64,000 nt of DNA from Octopus vulgaris (GCA_951406725.2 OX597814.1:172918001-172982000); one strand, 5' to 3'. Shown: positions 14,720 through 29,635, counted from the first letter of the stretch. The notes: generated by a model not told the origin, from the sequence alone. Program-made: numbers and translations.

Positions 14720-16990
14720 AATCACTGGTGGGAATCTTTTGAACGTCTTAAATGTGCCACTCACATACTGAATTTGGAGAATTCGCGTTTGTTTCTTTGG
14801 CTCTTTCTTCGAAAAAGCCAATGTTTCTAGTATTTTGTGTAAACTTGTGCATTACCTAATGCACCAATGATGACAGATACAAATGGGAAATTATAGTCAG
14901 TATACAAGAGTTGTAACTTTAGCATTGATTCGCCATGAATGTCCTTTTTTCCTGGACTCTAGATAGTACATTCATATCCTCTTGGTCGCTGACCTCTACA
15001 ACAGTGCAAGACTTTTGTTTCCTTATCCGACAGAATATCAAGTCTGTTATGTTTTCACCGAATTGCTGTTTTTATTGGAATATTCCAACAGTATTCCTTG
15101 TTTTTAAAGGTGTGAGTACATGCTGATTCGTGTATGCCTTTGATGTGTACGTCAGGACAATCCTTCCTGAGGTTAACATTGTAAATAATCTCTGCAACTC
15201 CTGCCTCAGGTGCAGGTGGTACCACGTAGATATTTTGGCACAGCTGCTGCTGATGTGGATGATATTTTCCACACTGGTGTAGCAGAGCCGACATTTTCTA
15301 TCACAAAGTGGAAGTTTGGTGATATGTTTGTCCTATTTGTTTATCAGGTATTTAGTAGTTATTTCTTGTTCCTGGATAGCGAAGGTATATTTTTCTTGGT
15401 GAAATGTAAGATACAATGTATCTACTATAAGCTCAGGAGTGGCTACTCCTCCTCTCAATGGTGTTGTTACCGTCTAGCATAAGGGATATGTACCCATGCA
15501 TTACTTTTTGTTGGTATAATGCCCGCTTCTCCTCCAAGCTTCTGTTTAGATAGGCCTGTCCTGCCTCCTTAGTTTCGTATGAAACAGTGGTACTCTCGCA
15601 GTAAATGCACAGTAGGTCTTCTCTAACTCTGAAGACGTTGCTTTCACTTTTGAGTATGCATGTAATGTAATGATTTCTTTCTTTACTGTTCAGCAGTTGT
15701 TGTGTGAAGGATACAATGCGACATTCAAAGGTTGTTTGGGATGAACTTATGCCTCTACTACCATCACTTCATCTCATATAGATCCTATCGGTGTCGCAGT
15801 TAGTATGGAAATTAAGAGCACCTTTCTAGCTGTGATGTCCTGGTTGCGGATCTGAAGTGTCCAGCCCAGTATCCCAAATGTTGGTACTAGCACTGGCACT
15901 GCAAATGCATTGTGAGATATAGTCTTGTTAAATGCAAGCGGTTCTATATTTTCCAGTGTTTACAGAAGTATTCTTCGTCCTTTTGGCTTTAGTTACAGCA
16001 CCAACACAAGCAACCTTTCTATTGATTCCAAGATACTTGTACTTTTCATCATTGGAGGTAAGGAAGATAAACAAATCTTTGATATACATGTTCTCTGTCT
16101 GGGCGACAATTTTTCGTCGGTTGACTGTCATGTATGTACAGTTATTTTGCCCAAACTTCTAGCGAATGTTGTGGTTAGTTCTGATTGTCTCTTGATGCTG
16201 ACCATGTTACCAGAATATAATTTCAGGTCATCAGTAAAAAACGTGTGGGTGACATTAATTTTGTTCATTTATGCATCTCCCAGCATGTAGCCTTGGCATT
16301 TTGTTACCAGGGCTGTGAGGGGGTTCACTGCCTGGACAAACATCACGACAGATAAACTGGAATATGCCTTTTGATAGTTTAATTGTTTGTAACAATAGGT
16401 GTTGCTTTACTACGTAGTTGTCAGTGATAACTGCATGGAACAAATTGTTGTAGTCAGTCCTTCAATGGTATTCACTATAGCAGCTGATACTGTGGCAAGG
16501 TGTAATGATTCTATCACCCATAAGGGGCGCTTCTTGTAGTCTAGACATATTGTTATTATGGCGATGTTGCTTGGGTTTCTTCAGGACAGCTTTGTTGAAG
16601 AGGTGTTCAGCACCGCCCTAGACACCTTTCTTTCTTCCTACCTGTTCATCAGTTATCTCACCATTTGTTTGGCAATTGTCTTGGAGAAATATATATTTCT
16701 TTACTGCCCGCAAGGGGCTAAACATAGAGAGGACAAACAAGGACAGGCAAAGGGATTAAGTCGATTACATCAACCCCAATGCGAAACTGGTACTTAATTT
16801 ATCGACCACGAAAGGATGAAAGGCAAAGTCGACCTCAGCGGAATTTGAACTCAGAACGTAACGGCAGACGAAATACGGCTACGCATTTCGCCCGGCGTGC
16901 TAACGTTTCTGCCAGCTCGACGCCTTGTCTTGGAGAAATATATTGACAACCTGCGTGCTATTTGTGCATAGCATTCTTTCGTCTTGATCA
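14720..16990 (-). mobile_element. R4/Dong-type retrotransposon relic with RT core and RLE
   Basis: Minus strand: LDYKK, IKLSKGIFQ, VTHTFFTDDLKLY (RT catalytic motif, ~16216-16253), YKYLGI, TFGILGWT, EYCWNIPIKT, VIIGALG. Many stops. May extend to ~17300. Confidence 0.8.
16695..16924 (-). mobile_element. Full-length SINE inserted in the R4/Dong relic, with 19-bp TSD
   Basis: TTGTCTTGGAGAAATATAT is duplicated at 16676-16694 and 16925-16943. B box GAGTTCAAATTCC on the minus strand. Confidence 0.9.
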
Positions 16991-17504
16991 TGTTTCGTGT
17001 CTTTCTCAGTCTATTCGCGAAAAAATAGTTTACTGCGTTGTTAATACGAGTTTTAATATTTACGCTTTTTGGCTGAGTGATCTTGTTTTTAGGATGGCAT
17101 TTCTTTTCAACAAATCTAGCTTAGTGGCGTAACTGTTTTTCTGAAAATTTTGAAACTGTTGGATGTTTCTTATCCCAATATTCTGTAAGACTCTTCATGT
17201 AGCCTATCGTGGTATCTTCTCTAGTCTTTCAGTAAAACTGGTATTGGTTTTGGTTCAGTCCACTGGAATTTGATAGTAAATGTCTAAGTGACAATATGAA
17301 AAGGCTAGATCTTCCATCAAAAGACTGATTAACACTTTAGAGACACAATCTATAAGGGGAACATAATAATATGCAAGACCTTCTTGACGATAATATGTAA
17401 CAATTACTGTTGTTGTTACGGAAATTCAAGTGATTGACGTTTTGTTTGCGCTAGAAACTAATCTCCCCTTTCTAAGAAAATGCAATTAAATAAATAAATA
17501 AATA

Positions 17505-17791
17505 CAGGAGCACTCCGTCGGTTACGACGACGAGGGTCCCAGCTGATACAATCAACGGAACAGCCTGCTCGTGAAATTAAGTGACAGGGCAATCCACAGA
17601 CACGTGTACCCCTAACGTAGTTCTCAGGGCGATTCAGCGTGACACAGAGTGTGACAAGGCCGGCCCTTTGAAATACAGGTTCAACTCATTTTTGCCAGTT
17701 GAGTGGACTGGAGCAATGTGAAATAAAGTCTCTTGCTCAAGGACACAACACTCACGACCTTACAATGTCCTAGCCACTAAGCTACGCGCCT
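17505..17791 (-). mobile_element. tRNA-derived SINE flanked by (TAAA)n
   Basis: Minus-strand head AGGCGCGTAGCTTAGTGGCTAGG, body CCTTGAGCAAGAGACTTTATTTCAC, and a distinct tail. Confidence 0.75.
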
Positions 17792-18982
17792 TTACTATAA
17801 ATAAATAAATAAATACATTCATACATACATTTGCTAATGTACATAATGTGTATATATTTTAAATACAGATGCATACGAGTTAATAAGGGATTCTTTACAT
17901 CGTCGATTAATCAGCTAGAAATAGTAGCCAAGTTTCTTATAACACATTCACTACCGTTTTGAAAAAGACGATATTTAAAATTTCATTGACCAATGTAATA
18001 TTAGATACACGATGCCTGTTTAAACAGATACAATACTATGTTTAAAGCCTATCTTAATCATAGATTTGCACAATTAGGTATCAGTTGAGTTAGAAAGGCA
18101 ACCACAAATGCACCAACAACAAACAATTGCATACTTTCATTAAGAAAGTGCAGGAATGCAACCATACTTTGTGATGTAGTCAACATAAAACTCATGCATT
18201 CCAGCACATACTCCTGCCTCTAAAATACTCCATCCATTCGTACAGAAGCAGGTGGTATGAATTATGTCATAATTTCTCACCATTGCAATATTTTTCTTCC
18301 CTTCCTTTCGCCTTTAACGCCAACTTAACAATTAAATTATTATTATTAATAAGGTCATCTAGGACGGTAGCGATTCTTTATATTTATTATGACAGAAACA
18401 TCTACACAGTATGCAAGAGTTAAAACAACTAAAACAACAACGCAGAGTTTAATAACAATTTCGCGAGAATAACTTCCCAATTAACCTTACCTTGACTCCC
18501 AGTGTTTGCGATGCGAAGCATGCGTACGGATTTCATTTTCGTCCAAGTATAACCCCTTTCTACCCTCATCTAAAAATAGTCCGTCATGGTCTGCGTGTGT
18601 CTAGCAGAGAGTTTCAATGTTTCTTGATGAATGCTTTAATTACTAATTTCACTTTATCAAAATATTTGGCATAGTGTAAAATAATCATGACGCGATTATA
18701 TTGCAAAAAGCAATTTCTTCGTTAATGTTCGTTTTTGATTTTTGATTTTTCTTTTTTTTTATTTGGCGTTTTAATTTAATATAATATTTCATGTTTAGTA
18801 CATATATGTATAGCATGGTGTACTTGATACTGGAAATGACATAGTATCAAATTATCCAGAACTGACTTAGGAAGATATTAATTTGGTTTGCGTCGTGTAT
18901 TATACTATGTTAGATATATTGTTATGCATGCATGGTGGTGATATGTCTTTATACAAACCAACCACGGATTGTTTGCACTGTT

Positions 18983-19382
18983 ATTCTTTTACTTGTTTCA
19001 GTCATTTGACTGCGGCCATGCTGGAGCACCGCCTTTAGTCGAGGAAATCGACCCCAGGACTTATTCTCTGTAAGCCTAGCACTTATTCTGTCGGTTTCTT
19101 TTGCCGAACCGCTAAGTTACGGGGACGTAAACACACCAGCATCGGTTGTCAAGCGATGTCGAGAAGGGGGACACAAACACAGACACACAAATATACACAT
19201 ATACAAACATTTATACGACGGGCTTCTTTCAGTTTCCGTCTACCAAATCCACTCACAACAAGGCTTTGGTCGGCCCGAAGCTATAGTAGAAGACACTTGC
19301 CCAAGGTGCCACGCAGTGGGACTGAACCCGGAACCATGTGGTTGGTAAACAAGCTACTTACCCCACAGATACTCGTGCGCCT
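18983..19382 (-). mobile_element. Full-length tRNA-derived SINE with CR1-like tail
   Basis: Head with GGTTCAGTCCC B box, internal (CA)n tract, tail GGCGGTGCTCCAGCATGGCCGCAGTCAAATGACTGAAACAAGTAAAAGAATA. At least six related copies in the window. Confidence 0.85.
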
Positions 19383-19699
19383 GTTATGTCGATCTTCTTC
19401 TTAAGATTATAATAAATATTTTTTTATTCTTTTACATGTTTCACTCATTGAACTGAGGCCCTGCTGGAGCATGACCCTGATACGTTTGCTAAGGCCCAGT
19501 ACTTATTAACGTCTCTTTTTCCCCAATTGCTAACTTGCAAACAAGTAAACAAACTAAATATTGGTTGTAAATCATCGGTGTGAAACAAATTCATACATGC
19601 TGGGGCACACACACACTGACACACACACACTGACACACACACACACATATTACTTCTCAGTTTCTTATCCTATGTCGAAATGTTAGTATTTTTTTTTAT

Positions 19700-19990
19700 T
19701 TATGCGCCCTTTTCAATTCTATCCAGGCTCATGGTCCCGATTTCCCGGTTTCTGTGGCGTATGTCTTCCAACCAGCCGGATAGCAGCGTTACTCAAGAAA
19801 CAGGAAGAAAGAGTGAGAGAATGTTGGGGCGAAAGAGTACAACAGGGGTCGCCACCCACCCCTGCCGGAGCCTCGTGGAGCTTTAGGTGTCTTCGCTCAA
19901 TAAACACACACAATGCCCGGTCTGGGAATCGAAACCGCGATCCTCCGGCCGCGAGTCCGCTGCCCTAACGACTGGGCCATTGCGCCTCCA
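19700..19990 (-). mobile_element. tRNA-derived SINE
   Basis: Minus-strand head TGGAGGCGCAATGGCCCAGTCGTTAGGGCAGCGGACTCGCGG...GGTTTCGATTCCCAGACCGGG. Head and body match 40874-41060. Confidence 0.85.
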
Positions 19991-20029
19991 GGAAATGTTG
20001 GTATACTTCCTAGTAAACATACTACCTCC

Positions 20030-21400
20030 TCGATTGTCTGTTAATATACCAAAACTGACCGCCGGAAATAATACGGCAAACAGTCTCGTTTTGCTGATCA
20101 CATAGTCTGCACCTCATGTTAGTATCTTATTTCACTATTGCATTTCCGATCCCGCGCAGCTAGACACGAAGTTCTGTTTCTACCTTTTTCTATCTATTTC
20201 TCTCTGTCCCGTCTTCCGAGATATCGACCATGGAGCGGTTTATCACCATTTCCTTCAGTATGTTTTGGAAATAGATTTTAGCTTCATGTCAAATGTCTGT
20301 CGGCTAGGTGGATAGGAACTGGAAGTAAATCACGTGTAGGGTGATTAGCCCTATTGGAAAATAAGGTTAACCATCCTACTCGTAATGTTGGGGGAGTTGT
20401 GAATACATAAACGGCTTTGCTGATATACTAGCACCTGACCATTTTGCTTGTACCACACCGCATCTAAATCTAACCAGACTGAAACGGTTTCCCATTCGTT
20501 TCTTCTGAAACAGGCTGATTTAACTGATTATAAAATTCTTATATTGCCAACACTCAAACAGCGGAATAAGTTTGGAGTTGCCGTGATTGATGAGTGACTG
20601 GCAGTTTACTGTGACAATCAAATGTACACAGATGATTCTTGGACGTTGAGTGAGAGTTGTTCTCTTTTGGTAGACATGTTTTTCTGCAGTTCATTCCTTT
20701 GATTATGCTGCAGTCTTGTAATGTCGTGAGACGTTCACAAAATTCTACGACATGTTCAATGCGGCAGCTGGGACCTCACCCTGCATTATATAGATGATTA
20801 ATAGTAGGCATGACCGACGATGTTATCTATGCTAGATAGCTTGAGCGTAGATAAAGATCAGCTGCTTTTCCAGAGAACTTCCAGGTCGGGACTTGAAGAC
20901 AAGTATATATATATGTTCCAGATAAAATCTACCGGCGTGATAATGCCGTCAACGAGGCCAGTATGAAATACGCGGCGGATAAAAAGTCTTTCGCGTGATC
21001 TTTATGGTGCCAGAAGATTGCTGAATTTTAAAGCTCAGCTGAACGGCTATTATTACGATTATGTCGCCTTTGTTTGTCAGCAGATTCTAAATGAATGTAG
21101 GCCACGACTTTTCTTTGACCAGGCACTGTTAGAGAGCAAGCCACACGGGTGGAATTGTTATCATCTGGGCCTGTTAGAAAGATATGAAGAACCATAAAAT
21201 TATTTTGCACGAACTTGTTCAGTATCCGAGCATTACTAACTTAGAGTTTTACCGAACAACTGCTGTTATAGGTACCCAACTATCAGCCGAGTCACTCATG
21301 AACATCGCTGCACCAACATCCTCCGACCGAGATGGTCAGTTAGTTTATTTCTGCTTAATGGCTATCATGTAAGTGCTCACATGTTGGACATAGCATGGAG
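20030..21400 (-). mobile_element. Highly degenerate APE-type LINE RT relic
   Basis: Scattered minus-strand motifs in the expected order: LTGPDDN (GPDG-like), TVSVWLDLDAVW (DxxKAFDxVW-like), HLAD. No continuous ORF. Confidence 0.35.
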
Positions 21401-21629
21401 GATTGACAATAGTCCGTTTCCCACATACTTTTTCAAGCATCCTTTTTATAGGAAGGTAAATTTAGACAAAGAGGTACTACCCTCAGTAAATTTGCTGAAA
21501 AAGTATGTAAGAATTTCGAGCATGGCTCATGCCTTCAGGTTCGATAAAATAAGGTAACAGTTAGATACTGATAATGATGACATCGACTAACTTCCTCTCC
21601 TCAAAAGTGTTGGCTTTTTAACAAAATCA

Positions 21630-21815
21630 TAGACAGAATCGTTACTACGCCGCACAAAATGCTTAACGTAATTTCATCCGGCTTTACGTTTCGACCACAA
21701 ATTCGAAGTCGATAAAATAAATACAGGGATCGATGTAATGAACCAAATCCCACACATAAATTGCTTGGTGTTGTGGCCATAGTAGAAAGAAATATTATTA
21801 TTATTATTATTATTA
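21630..21815 (+). mobile_element. Degenerate SINE ending in (ATT)n
   Basis: CAGAATCGTTAC...CAAAATGCTT and GTCGATAAAATAA match the 13008 family. Tail ATAGTAGAAAG(ATT)n. Confidence 0.5.
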
Positions 21816-22076
21816 TTTATTATTGTTATTATTATCATTATTTATTTTTTTACCCTTTTGAATCCTCTCCTTCAAAACCTCATGCGTCGAAATCGACGGG
21901 AGTGACCATCATTATTATTATCGTTATCAATGTCCTCGTCGTCGTCATCATCATCATCATCATTATCATCATCATCATCATCATCATCACCATCATCATT
22001 ATTTGTAGTTGTTATAGTAGAAGTAGCAGCAGCAGCCGCATCGGCGGGGCTGTATTATTATTATTAGTAGTAATAA

Positions 22077-22136
<60 letters not shown>

Positions 22137-22155
22137 CATCAGTAGCAGCAGCAGC

Positions 22156-22189
<34 letters not shown>

Positions 22190-22473
22190 TTTTATGATTT
22201 CCCCTTTCGTTTTATTGCATTATTTTGACTTTTGTTTGACGTTTTTTTTAATTTTATTCTCCTGTTAGAGCATTCGATAAGCAACTGGCATTAAATCATG
22301 TAAAGAAATCCTTCATTGGTAAAACCATTAACATGAACTGTCTACGCCGTATTACTGACTGCTAAAAACTTTGGTAAGAGCTATCTATCTATATCTATAG
22401 TCAGCCATTCTGTTTTCTCTGACCAATATACTCTGGACAAAGCTATAACAATATCTATCGACATCGGGAATGC

Positions 22474-22508
<35 letters not shown>

Positions 22509-23056
22509 CATACGTAGATATACATATATATGCATGTATACATACATATATACATATATGAAAATTGCATTAAATAAAGCAGTATACATGAACGCGAAAA
22601 TACCATACCAAAATCTCGTTGAATGAAAGTACGACTTTGCAATACCATCCATTTTAAGTTATATATGCAAACACTTTCGAAACAGAAGAAATAAGTTGAT
22701 ATAAATCCTACTAAAATACATAAATAAAAACATAACTAAATAAATAATCGGGGAGAAAATGGTCTATTTTATATGCTTTTTTTTACATGGATTTATGTTG
22801 GTTTTCCTCTTGTTGTTATTGTTGTTATTTTGTTATTGTTACTTTTTTTTATTTTACTTGGTTACTTTGTTTTCAAACATAAATCTGTCCTCAACTGAAA
22901 CAGGGTAGAAAAACTAAATTAGATAATATAGCAAACAGGAACCTTCTATCAAAATAATGTTCATACATTTCATTTCCTTTTTTCATTTTGCGCCATTTTC
23001 ACTCTTTATATATTTATTTTTATTTCTTTGTCGTTTACTCTTTGGGTGTAGGATTT

Positions 23057-23170
<114 letters not shown>

Positions 23171-23285
23171 TCTATGTGTGTGCATGCATATGTATATATA
23201 TATACACGCATATATATATATACATCTATGTATATTAACATATATATGTTTATATATGTACATATGCATACATATACATATATGT

Positions 23286-23339
<54 letters not shown>

Positions 23340-23876
23340 AATAATAAGGAGGAAGTTCTTCTTACAGTATTATATAATACATATATATATACATATATAC
23401 ATATGTGTGTATATATAAATATATATATATATATATACATGTATGTACACACTCATACTTGCTTGACATTATTGCAGTAAAGTACCTATACACATAATGC
23501 ATTATCTTTGTCTCATGGTTTTTTTTTCTACGTCCTTTATCTTTTCCTCTATATATCCCCTCCTTCTTGTTGCGATCGCTCTCGTTCCCTTATCTCTTTT
23601 TCGTTCCTCGGTTTTGGTAGCAATCCGCAAAAGATGTAGCAAATCAAAACTTAGGCTATTTCCATTTTAAATGTAAAGACACTATTTTCATTTGGTTTCA
23701 AAATGGCCGAAGAAAAACGAGTGTATGCATATCCAATTTCTCTTCTAAGAAGACTATCGTTGAATCTGAAGGAATGGGTAAAGAATTCATCTTGTGAAAT
23801 TAACGCCATCATTGTTGAACCTATATTCAGAATATATACACACATAGACATATACATAAATGTGCGTGTTTGTGTA

Positions 23877-23950
<74 letters not shown>

Positions 23951-24075
23951 TGTACATATGTATGTATATGTAAGCATGTATGTATATATATATGTATGTG
24001 TGTGTGCCTGTGTGTGTATAATTATATATCTGTATATATGTATATACATTTATATCGATGTGTATGTTTACTTAT

Positions 24076-24149
<74 letters not shown>

Positions 24150-24523
24150 GTAGATAGATATATAGCTTTGTATAGATATATACATATATACCTATATATA
24201 TATATATATACATACATATATGTATATACATACACACACATATAAATATATATACATGTATATATATGTACGTATGTATGTATTCGTGTGTGCATGTATG
24301 CACATTTTGCAAACCACTTACATTTACATTCGGATACTTATGCACAGATAAGTACAGATATTTATGCATAAGTACAAACACGTGCACACAAACACAAACT
24401 CATATATACTCGCCTATGCGTATGTCTGTTTTCTTGTGTGCCTGTGCATGTGTATGTATGCTTTATCGCTAACTAAACTATGTATGCGTACGTATCTTTC
24501 TCTTCCCCCCACTCTCTCTATAT

Positions 24524-24554
<31 letters not shown>

Positions 24555-24705
24555 GTTGGCATATATATATATATATGTAAACATATATATATATTTATAT
24601 ATATATATATATAAACATTCATATATCTAGATATATATATATATATATATATGTATATCTATCTATCTATCTATCTATATATATATATATGTATCTATCT
24701 ATCTA

Positions 24706-24781
<76 letters not shown>

Positions 24782-25245
24782 TGTATATATATTCGTCTGT
24801 GGGTGGTTGTATGGATGTGTGGCCTTATTATTGAAACTCTACTGATATGAGCAATCCCTTTTGCAGAACAGAAAAGAAAAGAAGAAATTAGAAATGGAGA
24901 AAAGAAATATAGAAAAAGCATGCGATGAAGCTACGAGAACAAGAAATAATGAAATAAGAAAAACCCGAACGTCTACCCATGGGCTGTTTTAAAGCCGTCA
25001 CTCACTATTCCACTTTCGTTCGGTAAATGCTAAATGCAATCTTCATCGTTACAAGTTTTTCCCCCGCACTGAAATATCTAATCCTGTTATACATCATGAG
25101 TTATGTTTCGACGCCATTTCTTTTTTGCCTTCAGTCTCCGTCTAAAGCGATGGTGGACGCGTCGTTGGCGATGGCGGCGGCGGCGGCGGCGGCAGTGGTT
25201 GTGGAAAGCGGTGGTGGATGCGGCAGTGGTTGTGGTGGTGGTGGG

Positions 25246-25680
<435 letters not shown>

Positions 25681-26011
25681 GGTTGTTGAATATGTTCACA
25701 TGCAGTGTTGTTGATAATGATGGCCGATAAAGGTTATTATTATTTTGCTTTGTTCCTTTGCTTTGTGTAATGTTAGTGTTGTTTTTTTTTCTCGGTAATT
25801 CCTGTTGCTCTCCGTTATGGCTTTGGTAAGAATGTTCTTAGTATTGCTGCTGTTGTTTTTGTTGCTGTTGCTGTTTCTTTTATTCGTGATGGTGGTAGTG
25901 CTGGTGGTGACGCAGTGGTAGAGAGCTTTATGGTTATAGTATTAGTAGAGTTATGATACGGCTTGTAATGGTGGTTGGTTGGTTGGTTGGTAGTGGGGGG
26001 TGTTCTGTGTG

Positions 26012-26597
26012 AGGATGACGATGATAATGGTAAGGATGATGATAATGATGATGATTATGATGGTGATGGTGATGGCGTTGACGATGAGGATGATGATGAC
26101 GAAGATGACTTTGATGATGACGATGATGGCAATGATGATGATGATGACGATGATGATGACGATGACGATGATGATGATGATGACGATGATGATGATGACG
26201 AAGATGACTTTGATGATGACGATGATGGCAATGATGATGATGATGATGATGACAATGATGATAATGATTATGATTATGATAGTGATGGCGTTGACGATGA
26301 CGATGATGATGACTTTGATGACTTTGATGATGATGATGACGATGACGATGACGATGATGATGACGATGACGATGATGATGATGATGATGATGATGATGAC
26401 GAAGATGACTTAGATGATGACGATGATGGCAATGATGATGATGACGATGACAATGATGATAATGATTATGATTATGATGATGATGATGATGACTATGATG
26501 ATGATGGTGATGATGATGACGATGATGATGATGATGACGACGACGATGATGATGATGATGATGATAACTATGACGTCTACGATAATGATGACTATGA
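26012..26597. repeat. (GAT/GAC)n array with higher-order units
   Basis: GACGAAGATGACTT(T/A)GATGATGACGATGATGGCAATGAT recurs at ~26098, 26197 and 26398. Confidence 0.9.
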
Positions 26598-26885
26598 ATA
26601 TTTGAGACTGGAACATTGACAGTGAGTAGGTGGTAGCTTCTGAGATGATAGAAGTACAGTGCATGTAAAGCGACAAATAAAAAGGAAATATAGAAAGGAA
26701 TTAAATAAATACATGTATGAACTGATACATATATATATAAAAAACATAAAGAGTAGGATAGATGCATTGTTACATATAACAGAACAGAATGGAATAAGAT
26801 GGATAATAGATTGTGTGAGAGAGAGAGGGAGAGAGGGAGAAATATTGATAGACAGACAGACACACACAGAGACAGACAGACAGAC

Positions 26886-26938
<53 letters not shown>

Positions 26939-26939
<1 letters not shown>

Positions 26940-28857
26940 GTGTCTTTATTGGCCACACAGGGCTGCACACAGATGGGACAAGTTACAAGGTAGAGCTTTT
27001 CTTTTGGGGGAGAAAAAAAAAAGGTGGCGTAGGTTCTCGATGAAAAGGGATCGTAAAAGGGAAGAAAAGAACAAAAAAAAAATTTTTTTTAATAAAAAAT
27101 AAAAAGAAATATAAATAAAAATAAAAAAGAAAAGGAAAAGGAGCAAAAGAAAAAAGAAATGAAAAAAGAATAAAAAGGGGAAAAAGAGGAAGAGGGAAAA
27201 AAACGATCAATAGGGATCGTGTATCACAGTGTTATGATATATGGTGTAAAGGGGAAAGCAAGTAAGGTTTATCCGTGGGAAGAAAAGCCTACGAAAAAGA
27301 CCACGGTAACCTTGGTCAATATTGTTATATGTTACCACATTTGTTTGCAAGTGGGTAACCCTCTGTTTTCAATTTCTGGGTTCATAGGATTATGCTCAAG
27401 GTGGCTTCGTCATTCATACGTGCCATCCTTGCTGCATTCACCCATCTTTTTTTTAAAACATTCGCTAGACAAAAACTTGCCTCTCTACTCTCACTTTCCT
27501 TTTCAAGTGGTACTTGAAGAAGTTGATGAGAGATTGACCAGAGAGGAAAGTGTTTGTCTCCAATCCTTTCAGACGCGTCCACCAGATACATTCTTTCGCC
27601 ATAGCCACAAGGATGATGAAAATAGCTCTGCCTTCCCGTTTGAAGGAAGGAGGCGTGACAATATTGACGATAGACTCAGCTGATAAACCGACTCGTCCCA
27701 CACGTAACAGCAGTTGTTCGACATAAGCCCACAAGTGGGAAATTGTTGGACACTGCACGAGTGCGTGCAGAACGGTTTCGTCGCTCTGACCGCATCTCGG
27801 GCAGGTCGGCCCCGTGTTTCTCGAGCCGTGTCTGTAGAGCTTATCCCGAACGGGTAGCGCTTCTCGGTAGCACTGCCAGGCCAGGGATCTCTGGAAGTTG
27901 TCCATGGGCCCTGGGCCGAAAATCGTCCCGAATAGGCGGGTCAGGTACTCCTCGTCGACGTCCAGGTTCGCCCCGAGCTCGTCGTCGTACCTCCCCTCCA
28001 CTAATCCCCTATAGAATGCTTTGGTTGTGATGAAGTCACTCAAGGTCGACCCAGGACGGCAGAGTTGCTTGAGAGCAACGCGACACTCGCGGTGCCATTC
28101 GCCCTTCCTCGGCCTCTTTTTGATCCACGACTTCAGTTCGGTCATGGAGACGAGCTGCGGGAAAGCGTGCCTCACAAACGGCGACCACACCTCTTCACCG
28201 TCGTCTACGAAGAGCCGGAGATGTCGCAGTCTCAGCGCGTGTCTGCGCATCATCAACCACGGCATGCCCAGTCCTCCTTTTAACGGGTGTTGACAGCAAA
28301 TGGATCGCCTGACCATCGGGACGCATCCTTTCCACAAGAAGCGAAAGAGAATGCGTTGTAGTTTGGTGATGGTAGGGTCGGGACAAGGTACGACGGTCAG
28401 GCGGTAGTAGATGACGGACGCGATGTACGTGTTCGCCACCTCCGCCCGACCTTTTAGGGACAGTTTCCTCTCGGCCCATTGCCGGGCGAGAGTGACCACC
28501 CTACTCGTTATCTCGTTCCAGTTCCTCTCCACTTGGAGGTCTGGACCAAACCAGACCCCGAGCAACTCAACCGGGCCGTCGGTCCAGCGTCCCACGACGG
28601 AGGCGCTGGTAGACGGCATGGGCTTGCTTCTCCAGGTGCCTAGTCGCAAGCCCACTGACTTTTCCCGGTTGATTTTCCCTCCTGTCACCGCTTCGTAGTT
28701 TTTCAGTGTCTCGCCGACCTGCTCGATGTGCTCGTGGCTAGACACTATGACGGTGACGTCGTCCGCGTATGTACACACGCTCGTCCCGCATCCCGGTTCT
28801 CGCGGGATGCCCCTCAAAGTTGCCAGCTTCCGCAATAATGGCTCGAGAGTCAATACG
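26939..28857 (-). mobile_element. Tx1-type (L1 group) LINE, 5'-truncated copy 1
   Basis: ORF2 fragment with [48 protein letters not shown], zf-RVT-like region and CPRC...H...C knuckle. T-rich 3' UTR with AATAAA. (GATA)n on both sides. Small indels near 27465. Confidence 0.93.
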
Positions 28858-28910
28858 TGATAGATAGGTAGGTAGGTAGATAGATAGATAGACAGACAGA
28901 TAGATAGATA

Positions 28911-29266
28911 AGTTTCTTTATTGGCCACACAGGGCTGCACACAGATGGGACAAGTTACAAGGTAGAGCTTTTCTTTTGGGGGATGAAAAAAAAACAAAAA
29001 ACAAAGGAAACAAAAAAGAAGGTGGCGTAGGTTTTCGATCAAAAGGGATCGTAAAAGGGGAAAAAAGAGCAAAAAATAATAAAAAAGGAAAAGGAGCAAC
29101 AAAAAAAGGGGGGAGGGGAAGAGGAAAAAAAATGATCAATACGGATCGTGTATCACAGTGTTATGATGTAAGGTGTAAAGGGGAAAGCAAGTAAGGTTTA
29201 TCCGTGGGAAGAAAAGCCTACGAAAAAGACCACAGTAACCTTGGTCAATATTGTTATATTTTACCA
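28911..29266 (-). mobile_element. Tx1 copy 2 (3' UTR only)
   Basis: Close match to 26939-27335. (GATA)n on both sides. Confidence 0.9.
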
Positions 29267-29294
29267 ATAGATAGATAGATAGATAAACAGGTAA

Positions 29295-29383
<89 letters not shown>

Positions 29384-29548
29384 CAAGCTGTAGATACATT
29401 CATAAACAGATTGATTGACTGAATGAGGGAGGATTGATTGGTTGATAGAGAGATAGGTAGATAGATAAATTGATACGTATATTCATACAGCCAGCCAGCT
29501 ATACAGACAGACAGATAGACACAGACAGACATATAGACAGACAGACAT

Positions 29549-29635
<87 letters not shown>

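Noticed and set aside
27465-29102. 545-aa ORF (and the 548-aa ORF at 35872-37518) as a complete gene
   Set aside because: The N-termini are read-through from a neighbouring Tx1 3' UTR and (TATC)n. Only truncated ORF2 is real, with no APE domain or RT N-terminus.
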